Origin: a virus
Lineage: Duplodnaviria > Caudoviricetes
IMG/VR virus record: IMGVR_UViG_3300037455_000533
Coordinates: 998-64,997 of that record
Reading direction: 5' to 3' (one strand)
Length of the DNA: 64,000 nucleotides
Position 1 is the first letter of the stretch; each line of letters starts with the position of its first letter. Shown one piece after another: positions 37,105 through 44,759 of the stretch. The position numbers and the translations under genes are program-made. The notes beneath the pieces were generated by a model, which was given only the letters and a program-made list of their open reading frames with translations, ran no database searches and had not been told where the DNA came from.

Positions 37105-37818
37105 TTAAGCGACGATAGGGTTAGAGGTATCCCAGTTGGTAAACCTGAAAGCACCCAAGAAGCCAGTGTTTGTCATCTGGTCTTGAGATAAGACACGTCC
37201 TCCTGATGGCCAGACGTAGCCAGAAACGTTTTGGTTCCAAACTGTTATGGTATTACCTGTAGGTGTTGATACAGCCATAGCAATATGACCGTAATCGCCA
37301 CTTCCCCAGACAATCCAGTCACCTGGCTTTAGGTCAGCCCAGTTGTTGACTAAAGTGAATTCAGACCCTTTATTAGAATCGCGGCCAAGAGTCCAAACGC
37401 CACGAGCATTATCACCACCATTTACAAGTCCTCTATTTACCTGTCCGAGCCAGAAAGCGTTAGCATAATCATAACATTGACAACCAAAGGCACCGTCGGC
37501 GTCAATGGCCGAACCGAGTGGGTACTCTGTCTGGAATGCTCTGATTGTAGGCCAGCTATTCGTGCCACGTCTTACATTTCTTGCTACAGGTGTCCATTGG
37601 CTACCACTGCCAGAACCGTTACCAAAAACGAGTTTAAACTTATAATCCGATATGAAACACATATCGTTATCGTGACAGAGATATACAGTAGCACTGGCAC
37701 CAGATGAAGGAGCGTAATGTTCTTCACCACAGACACGCACTACAGATGCACCGATCTTGTTGTAATCGGTGTCTAGTCTTTTTGCATTCTCTGCTGATAA
37801 ACCTGCTACTGTTGTCAT
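37105..37818 (-). CDS. CHAP-domain peptidoglycan hydrolase, probably virion-associated (start at MTTVAG)
   Basis: GCQCYDYANAFW (catalytic Cys), YGHIAMA (His), VWNQN; leaderless promoter. Confidence 0.8.
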   Translation of the reverse strand: MTTVAGLSAENAKRLDTDYNKIGASVVRVCGEEHYAPSSGASATVYLCHDNDMCFISDYKFKLVFGNGSGSGSQWTPVARNVRRGTNSWPTIRAFQTEYPLGSAIDADGAFGCQCYDYANAFWLGQVNRGLVNGGDNARGVWTLGRDSNKGSEFTLVNNWADLKPGDWIVWGSGDYGHIAMAVSTPTGNTITVWNQNVSGYVWPSGGRVLSQDQMTNTGFLGAFRFTNWDTSNPIVA

Positions 37819-37854
37819 ACCTTCATTATGGCACAACAGTTTATTTGTTTTTTT

Positions 37855-37992
37855 CACAAAAAATATCATCCGTCAGTGGATAACGGATGATATAGACACT
37901 AAACAAGCATCAATAAACAAAAATGGTTTTGAACAGTTTTCTTTGGTTATTAATGTTGTCGAACGAGCAGCTACAGCAAGACAGCTTCCCGT
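37855..37992 (-). ncRNA. Candidate ~140-nt small RNA
   Basis: TTGTAG-N17-TATAAT promoter; 11-bp terminator ATATCATCCGT/ACGGATGATAT plus U tract. Confidence 0.4.
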
Positions 37993-38015
37993 ACACCAAT
38001 TATACCAAAGAAAAA

Positions 38016-38036
38016 GGGCAGCTACAAGTGCTGCCC
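38016..38036 (-). terminator. Intrinsic terminator
   Basis: GGGCAGC/GCTGCCC plus TTTTT. Confidence 0.7.
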
Positions 38037-38049
38037 AACAGGGGTGTGG

Positions 38050-38256
38050 TTAATAAACTTCGTTAGTTACGTTAAGACCGTAAGTGAATGCGTGGAGCTC
38101 TTCTGCAAGTTCACCTACTTTATTCGGGTATGTGTTGAAGTAAACTATGTAGTTGTTCTCGTCGAGTTTTGCTCCTTCGTATGCGTTGACGATTTCTTTG
38201 ACTGCATTCATATCACAGTCTTGCTTCAGAAAGAGTTTGAGATGGGATATTGTCAT
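38050..38256 (-). CDS. Hypothetical protein
   Basis: AAGGGG RBS, 68 aa. Confidence 0.65.
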   Translation of the reverse strand: MTISHLKLFLKQDCDMNAVKEIVNAYEGAKLDENNYIVYFNTYPNKVGELAEELHAFTYGLNVTNEVY

Positions 38257-38476
38257 TTTGTTTCCCCCTTTCTAACTCAAGTTCGAACCCGAATCTCTTA
38301 GCTTCTTCAAACAGAGTTTCGATGTTCTCATCCGACGTGTTACCGTATATGTATGACGCTTTGTCCCAGACCAAGAAGTTAACCTTGTAGAAGGCTATAT
38401 CCTTCCAAAATTGGTTTGCTTCTTCTACGGGTGGAACTCCATTTATAGTTATAGTGAAATTCTTCACTTTAACCAC
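38213..38476 (-). CDS. Hypothetical protein
   Basis: AGGAGG RBS, 87 aa. Confidence 0.65.
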   Translation of the reverse strand: MVKVKNFTITINGVPPVEEANQFWKDIAFYKVNFLVWDKASYIYGNTSDENIETLFEEAKRFGFELELERGKQNDNIPSQTLSEARL

Positions 38477-38522
38477 CTCCTTTTAATGTGCAAACCCCCT
38501 TGAACATATCATACAATAAAAA

Positions 38523-38544
38523 CCACCCCAAATCAATGGGGTGG
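38523..38544 (-). terminator. Terminator after the lysis genes
   Basis: CCACCCCA/TGGGGTGG stem plus T run. Confidence 0.65.
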
Positions 38545-38563
38545 CGGAAAAAGGATGGTTACC

Positions 38564-39475
38564 TTAGTTATACTGCTTAAACAAAGAAGTGTCAATAACG
38601 ATTGTGGTATTTGGGTAAATGAGACCACGCCACTTAATATTGTTTTCGTCAGCAACTCTCTGTGCTAATCCTGTGTCACCAAAGAGACGTGAACCAGTGT
38701 AACCAGTATCACGAATGATACCTCCAAGTGTTTCTCCTCTCACTACAGTGTGTGAGACCTTACCAGAAGGTGTAGGAGTTGGAGTTGGTGTAGGGGTAGG
38801 TGTAGGCTGAGGATTGTAATTACCTGGTACAACCCATTTCCAGCCAGAGATGTTCATATTGTGTGTAGACACTTTGAGTGGTGTCCAGTTTGCATCATTT
38901 ACCATAGCAGTGTTTGAGCCAGTTGAGTAGAGATACATTACTGTATGGCCATATTGAGTGTTAAACATACCAGAACCGATAGCACCCGCGACAGGCTGGT
39001 CGATATACTTGAACCCGTAATTCTTTACGAGCCAAGCAGCGACGTCTTTACCATTTACTGGGCCATAGTCTGGATGAGCAGTTGAGTATTCACGCTTACC
39101 TGTTGCAAGGTATGCGGTATACTTAGAGCATTGCCAGCCTTTACCATTGTCGTTGTCACCATCTGGTAATCTACGAGCAATAATTTGGTCAATAGTTGTG
39201 TAGAAGCCAAGTCCTACTTCATCTTGTTCATAAAGTTTGGTGGTTTCTTCGTCAGTTGGCTTATCTTGCTCTGTGATACGTTTCATCGCAGCCTGAGCAT
39301 CTTCGTTGAATTGCTTAGTTGCTTCAGGGATTTGTGCGTCTGAGCCGTCTAAGGTGCGATATTTACCATTCTCAGACCAATGTCCGAAGATGATGAATAA
39401 TGCACAAAGAAGTGCTACGCCAAGAACGATGAACCAATGTACATTCTTCTTGAAAAAATTACTTATTGCCTTCAT
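38564..39475 (-). CDS. Endolysin: N-terminal TM/signal, CHAP domain, Pro-Thr linker, LysM
   Basis: GWQCSKY, YGHTVMY, PTPTPTPTPTP, HTVVRGETLGGI. Confidence 0.85.
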   Translation of the reverse strand: MKAISNFFKKNVHWFIVLGVALLCALFIIFGHWSENGKYRTLDGSDAQIPEATKQFNEDAQAAMKRITEQDKPTDEETTKLYEQDEVGLGFYTTIDQIIARRLPDGDNDNGKGWQCSKYTAYLATGKREYSTAHPDYGPVNGKDVAAWLVKNYGFKYIDQPVAGAIGSGMFNTQYGHTVMYLYSTGSNTAMVNDANWTPLKVSTHNMNISGWKWVVPGNYNPQPTPTPTPTPTPTPSGKVSHTVVRGETLGGIIRDTGYTGSRLFGDTGLAQRVADENNIKWRGLIYPNTTIVIDTSLFKQYN

Positions 39476-39698
39476 CTTTTTTATCCTCTGTAATCTTCTG
39501 GCCAGTTGAGCCTAAGAAGTAAAGGTTGATTACGGTGTTAGCAGCGAGGAAGGTAGTGACGATTTGGTCACCTACACCGTCAAAGCCCCAAGTGCCCTTA
39601 ATAAGAGACACGAAGGTAGCGATGGCAGATAATATACCTGCTGCGAGAGACAACTTCCTCTGCATAGAGATGGTCGTCTTGATTGGTTGTACAGCCAT
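39459..39698 (-). CDS. Holin
   Basis: 79 aa, two TM segments, charged C-terminus, overlaps the endolysin start. Confidence 0.7.
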   Translation of the reverse strand: MAVQPIKTTISMQRKLSLAAGILSAIATFVSLIKGTWGFDGVGDQIVTTFLAANTVINLYFLGSTGQKITEDKKDEGNK

Positions 39699-39756
39699 AT
39701 GAGCTCCTTTTATTATATTGTAACTTCAATATATCACGGAAGGTACCATAGGTTTT

Positions 39757-40656
39757 TTATGATGCATTCACGAGAGGATAAAACTTGTGGGTTCCATTAT
39801 GGGCATAACCTTGCACGGTAGAACCGCCTTTCTTCCTTTGATAACAGTCAAACCCGATGGATGCTGTGCTAACACCACCGATAGTTCCCTTGAATGGGAG
39901 CCAATGGGATGGAGCACCTTCACACCAACCAATACAGAAGTTTTTGTTGGTTGTGTTTTGTGTAATCTGGAATACTGAATGCCAGTTACCAGATGATGCC
40001 GAATCTGTCCAAGTCTGTAAGAAGTGGTCGCTACCACTTAACTTCAACCTGAACCAAGACCTCTCGTTCTGTTTTACGGCTATTAAAGCACCCTGGTCCC
40101 AGTTCATATTGCTAGTATTGTTACCAAGAGAAGCACTCCATTTTTTGCTTGGGTTTTTAACAAGAATAACTGCTGGTGTACCATAAAAACCGAACACGAC
40201 ACGCTCTGTTGAATCTGTTGCTGCTGTACAATAACAAGGGTACACCCTCAAGTCCATATCTGAACGGTTAACTTTAATATCTGTCGGTACATAATGGCTA
40301 CCATCAAACGAAACAATATCAATGGCACTATAAACTGCTTCATAGAGAGTTAAATCAGATGTAACGGCAGTGTTAAAATCAAATACTGTTCCATCGGATT
40401 TATACCAAGTCTTGTTGTCCTTCTTGGTAGCGTGTGAGTGTTTAGCAATACGTTCGGTTGAGGACACAGTCGTGTTGTTAGTGTAGCCGTTATCGTTAAC
40501 ATAAGATACAACAACAGTATCATACGCAATTTTAGCCTTACCACCTACAGAAACATAGACACGTTTAACTGGCTTTGCTTTACCACCAACAGATACGTAC
40601 ATCTTTCTCGTGAGTTTAGCCTTGCCGCCCACAGATACATATGTTTTATTTGCCAT
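39757..40656 (-). CDS. Tail fibre / receptor-binding protein
   Basis: N-terminal YVSVGGKAK x3, followed by a beta-sandwich-like domain. Confidence 0.55.
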   Translation of the reverse strand: MANKTYVSVGGKAKLTRKMYVSVGGKAKPVKRVYVSVGGKAKIAYDTVVVSYVNDNGYTNNTTVSSTERIAKHSHATKKDNKTWYKSDGTVFDFNTAVTSDLTLYEAVYSAIDIVSFDGSHYVPTDIKVNRSDMDLRVYPCYCTAATDSTERVVFGFYGTPAVILVKNPSKKWSASLGNNTSNMNWDQGALIAVKQNERSWFRLKLSGSDHFLQTWTDSASSGNWHSVFQITQNTTNKNFCIGWCEGAPSHWLPFKGTIGGVSTASIGFDCYQRKKGGSTVQGYAHNGTHKFYPLVNAS

Positions 40657-40658
40657 AG

Positions 40659-41306
40659 TTATGCCTCATAAACATACACAATTCTGTTTGCACCAAGGTT
40701 AGAGTCCTTACCTGGGTCGGTAGTTGTAATATTTCTATCTCCAGAATCGGTTATTTTACGCCAAGAACCATACGTAAACACGCCTGCAGTGCCACTTGTA
40801 TAAACATACTGAACCCAGAGGTTGGCATTCAAATCATTAAGGATGCGGATACGGTAACACCATTGGTTAGTGGATTCATCGTCATACGTAACTCCGATCG
40901 AGTTAAATACTGACATAGTGAATGCACCACCACAAGGGTTATTGGTTATTGTCTGACCAGTAGCACTTGATGGGCAATAATAAGTCCCAATTCTGAGATA
41001 GTTGGTAGTATTAAGGTCTACATTTCCTGGTACCTGAGTATCGTAGTTATTGTCTTTAACGAGAGGCAGTGCGAACCTTCTCATAAGATTAGCTCTTGCA
41101 GCACTGTAGACTTGTTCTGTAGAGCTGGAATAACTGTCTGTACCATCTACACGAAGTGTGCCATCTGTTGCGTTGATTGCCAAGTTTTGTCCAACCCTTA
41201 TCATACCAAGCACGGTATCAGATGCTATAGGTGCACCAGGGTTAGCTGCAATCGGGAAGCACTTGTTCCCGTTCTTATCCTTCATTTGTACAATTCTATC
41301 TGCCAT
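40659..41306 (-). CDS. Tail fibre-associated protein
   Basis: ASDTVLGMIRVGQNLAINATDG fibre repeat; WVQYVY...YGSWRKI pyocin-knob-like motif. Confidence 0.55.
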   Translation of the reverse strand: MADRIVQMKDKNGNKCFPIAANPGAPIASDTVLGMIRVGQNLAINATDGTLRVDGTDSYSSSTEQVYSAARANLMRRFALPLVKDNNYDTQVPGNVDLNTTNYLRIGTYYCPSSATGQTITNNPCGGAFTMSVFNSIGVTYDDESTNQWCYRIRILNDLNANLWVQYVYTSGTAGVFTYGSWRKITDSGDRNITTTDPGKDSNLGANRIVYVYEA

Positions 41307-41316
41307 TTTTTACTCC

Positions 41317-43467
41317 TTAAGCTGTTCTTTTCCACATATAAACGGTTAAGTATGGAGGCATATTGTTATGAGCTTGGTCATTACCAAACGACATTAGATA
41401 GCGAGCGTTATTTGACGTAGATGAGTAAGCACCCTCGTAATTTGATGCTCCCCCATAGTCTAGCGAGAATACCCCAGTTAGTTTATGCTCGCCGTGAGAT
41501 ACGTGTGGCAATGTGCCTTGTATTTTAGGCAACTCGTTTGCAACGAGTTTATGAGTTGCTTCACCTCCAGTACTACCTGCCGTATAAGTTGAACCAGCAG
41601 CAAGCAAGAATCTGTCTTCAATCGCTTGCCAGGTGCCACCGAGGAAGGATTGCGGCGAAACGTTATTAACACTCATATAGATTGAGCCAACTGGATAAAT
41701 AATATCAATGATAGAAGCTTTATTTAACTTAGCTGCAGTCACAGAACCATCAGCAACCTCAACCACATCATTTTCTACATTAATGTTTGGACCAGCTAAA
41801 AATGTGCCTGTTCCAGTACTCGTATAAAATGTGTCTGATACGGTGTCGTATAATCCTACGGCACTATCATTAAGCCTGATACAAGGTAATAACTTCATAA
41901 CATACGTATTACCACGTTCAACAGTAAACGAGTATAATTTTCCGTACCCAAAATTGGCTATATTATTACCATTCTCATTACTTGCCATAATTGTAAGAAC
42001 GTCTGGCGTAGTAAATGTCTCAGTCGAGCGTGTAGCCTTTTGCGTGCCATCTATAAAGAAGTTGCCAGCACTTGCACGATAAGTGCGTGAGACATTCTTT
42101 GTACCAGTAACCGAAACTGTTGTCTGGGTGTTGTTGTAATCAGTACGAACGCTCGTATTGTCGTTGACGTTGATAAATACTGTGTTCGTGGTCTGGATTG
42201 TACTAACACGGCTACACCAAGCAGTAACCCATCCTGTAGCTGCACCTTCTGGCATAATATCACAGGTGATAATATCGTCACCCGTCAAATGAAATCCATT
42301 AATTCTGAAATATGTGTTGGTAGAGTTTTGGATATACTTAACTCTTTGATACTCAGCTGGGACTTCTGCATTACCACTGATAATGTCTATACCATCGCCA
42401 GCAAGATATTTAGCATTCGGTGCTAACTTTTCAAGAGTTACAGCTTCGTTAGCGATTCTGTTTGTAGTAACAGGCGGAATTGGCTGTGGGTCGTCAGGTT
42501 CGTCATACAAAGCAACGTGAACGTCAGTTTCAAGCACGCCGTTAGCATCAATTTCGAGATGCTCACCCACTTTAACGCCGCCAAGAGTTGATGTAGTAGC
42601 AGCAGGAAGGACATAATTGTTAGCGTTTGCTTCGATACCAGCCAGTTTGCTAATGTCTGAAGCTGTAGTGAACTTATGTGTGGTAGATGTGTCGTCTACA
42701 AGATCTGCAGATAGTTTATTCGAACTCGTAATCTCTGGTTGAAGGCCACTTACGAGGTCGGCAACAGAGAAACGGATCTCTGAACCACTCTCGAGCACAA
42801 GGACAACTTCTTTTGTAGCAGAGTCATAACTACCACTGACAACAACAGACTCAATAGGAAGGTCAACTGCTTGAGCTGTGCCAAGCGTGTTGCCATCTTG
42901 GTCCTTGAGTGTTGTAGTAAGCACGTACGTGCTTGAATCAAGGCTAACTGTAATCGAAGCACCATACTTTGTGCTATCTGGAAGTGCATTCACATCTGCA
43001 GCAGTGGTAGGGACTGTGATATTGATTGTTTTATCTTGTGCAGAGTTAGCAGTGAACGTCCCTACATCAGTACCGTTCTTCTGGACTGTAAGTGTCTTAT
43101 CATTAACTGTAGGGATGAGAGCATCTGTCTCTGCTTTTGTATATACCTGGCTCTTCGTGTAGTAATTAGTGAGAGCGTTAGTAATGTATTGCACAAGGTC
43201 AGTCTGGTCGGTAAGAGTACCTGTGATCGCACCCCACGTGCCAGCTCCGTGTGCGTTAATATACTGAATAAGGTCTGTCTGGTCTGTGATTGTACCAGTG
43301 ATAGTACCCCACGTACCTCCACCTCCTCCACCTCCTTGCGAAATAGCCTCTTTAAGAACCCAGTTAGCTACTGGGTTAGAAGAATTTTCATCAAGATGTT
43401 CGTCGACGACTACACGATAGCCGCCTTCTTGCCATTTCATCTTGATTGGGAATCTATTATCTGCCAT
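41317..43467 (-). CDS. Tail fibre / baseplate protein (start at MADNRF)
   Basis: WGTITGTITDQTDL repeats, lectin-like insert, C-terminal YPVGSIYMS...GGEATH.L...HNNMPPYLTVYMWKRTA. Confidence 0.75.
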   Translation of the reverse strand: MADNRFPIKMKWQEGGYRVVVDEHLDENSSNPVANWVLKEAISQGGGGGGGTWGTITGTITDQTDLIQYINAHGAGTWGAITGTLTDQTDLVQYITNALTNYYTKSQVYTKAETDALIPTVNDKTLTVQKNGTDVGTFTANSAQDKTINITVPTTAADVNALPDSTKYGASITVSLDSSTYVLTTTLKDQDGNTLGTAQAVDLPIESVVVSGSYDSATKEVVLVLESGSEIRFSVADLVSGLQPEITSSNKLSADLVDDTSTTHKFTTASDISKLAGIEANANNYVLPAATTSTLGGVKVGEHLEIDANGVLETDVHVALYDEPDDPQPIPPVTTNRIANEAVTLEKLAPNAKYLAGDGIDIISGNAEVPAEYQRVKYIQNSTNTYFRINGFHLTGDDIITCDIMPEGAATGWVTAWCSRVSTIQTTNTVFINVNDNTSVRTDYNNTQTTVSVTGTKNVSRTYRASAGNFFIDGTQKATRSTETFTTPDVLTIMASNENGNNIANFGYGKLYSFTVERGNTYVMKLLPCIRLNDSAVGLYDTVSDTFYTSTGTGTFLAGPNINVENDVVEVADGSVTAAKLNKASIIDIIYPVGSIYMSVNNVSPQSFLGGTWQAIEDRFLLAAGSTYTAGSTGGEATHKLVANELPKIQGTLPHVSHGEHKLTGVFSLDYGGASNYEGAYSSTSNNARYLMSFGNDQAHNNMPPYLTVYMWKRTA

Positions 43468-43519
43468 AACTACACTATATATCAAAACGTGACTCGTTTT
43501 TTTCAGTTATACTGATAGT

Positions 43520-44221
43520 ATGAAAGATTTGAAAGACTGCGATATTGTTTACTTTGTTAAAGAGTCAGAAGAGAACGAGGAGCTAAAGTACTCGCTCAGG
43601 ACTGTTGAACTCAACTTCCCACACAGAAATGTATGGTTTATCGGTGGATGTCCAAAAGGCATCAAGCCAGATAAACATCTCAAAGTCGTGCAAGACAAAG
43701 AAACTAAGTGGGAGAACACAAACGAACTTATGCGTGCTGCGTGTGAGTGTAAAGATATCTCAGATGATTTCATCTTGTTTAATGACGATTTCTTCGTGCT
43801 TAATCCTATAACTGAGCTGCCATACTATTATGATGGCACTCTCTCTGAACGTATCTACTCTTTATCTGGCTATTCACACTCAGAATACAAGCAGAAGCTC
43901 GTAGGCTGTAGAAATATGCTCCTCGCAAGAAATTACACCGAGCTCAACTATGCAGTTCACGTTCCAATTCGAATCAATAAGGTATACCAGCTGAAATGTA
44001 TGGAACGCTTTCCACAAGGTTTGATGTGGCGTTCTCTGTACGGGAACTATGTAAACCCACAAAATCCCGTTCCAATTAAAGATCCAAAGATTGCAGACTC
44101 GTATAGCGGAGTGAAAGACTCAGACTACGTGTCTACAAACGATTACTCATTCAAATATGGTTTTATCGGCAGGCTCATAAAAAAGAACTTCCCGAACCCT
44201 TCCAGATTCGAGAAGCCTTAA
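43520..44221 (+). CDS. Stealth-family-like (phospho)glycosyltransferase
   Basis: EELKYSLR, ISDDFILFNDDFF, HVP and RSLYGN follow the Stealth CR1-CR4 order. Confidence 0.55.
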   Translation: MKDLKDCDIVYFVKESEENEELKYSLRTVELNFPHRNVWFIGGCPKGIKPDKHLKVVQDKETKWENTNELMRAACECKDISDDFILFNDDFFVLNPITELPYYYDGTLSERIYSLSGYSHSEYKQKLVGCRNMLLARNYTELNYAVHVPIRINKVYQLKCMERFPQGLMWRSLYGNYVNPQNPVPIKDPKIADSYSGVKDSDYVSTNDYSFKYGFIGRLIKKNFPNPSRFEKP

Positions 44222-44223
44222 TA

Positions 44224-44748
44224 TTATTGTTTGTGTTCGTATTCTCGCTTTGACATAATGTTATTCATCAAAGCAGGTGGCATATGGACTGGTCGTCCAG
44301 CCTCTTTCTCTGCTTCTGCCCAAGCGAAGAATGCATCTGTTTGTACCCAGTCGCCACCTAGTTCGATGAAGTAGCGTTCAGCATACTTCAGAATCGTATC
44401 GTGGTTCTCTGGATTTCTCTTAATAACGTTGCCCATTTCGGTTCGCAAAGACGATAACTGGTTCTCTTTGCAAATGTCAATGATTGTAGCAAGTTGTCCG
44501 TCATAACCAGCCATTTTACCTTCCATTTCTTTCTCGTGAGCCTTCAATCTAGCCTCCTGTCTCTTTTCTGATTGTTGGATTAACCAAGCCATATAGAGAA
44601 TGAGAAGGGCGAATAAGGCAACACCAGCAAGCGTTGGCTCGGTCTTTAAGTGTAATACTTGTGTCAAGAACGCACCAACGGCAGTTGCAAAGGCTAACAC
44701 CCCTAGGATGTAGCCTTTGCTTGTCTTTACATCGTCTAATACTGCCAT
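44224..44748 (-). CDS. Membrane protein with two N-terminal TM helices (start at MAVLDD)
   Basis: GYILGVLAFATAVGAFL and LAGVALFALLILYMAWLI, then a coiled coil. Confidence 0.65.
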   Translation of the reverse strand: MAVLDDVKTSKGYILGVLAFATAVGAFLTQVLHLKTEPTLAGVALFALLILYMAWLIQQSEKRQEARLKAHEKEMEGKMAGYDGQLATIIDICKENQLSSLRTEMGNVIKRNPENHDTILKYAERYFIELGGDWVQTDAFFAWAEAEKEAGRPVHMPPALMNNIMSKREYEHKQ

Positions 44749-44759
44749 CAGACGACCCC

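Noticed and set aside
38765-38810. Short tandem repeat
   Set aside because: Ordinary Pro-Thr linker of the endolysin.
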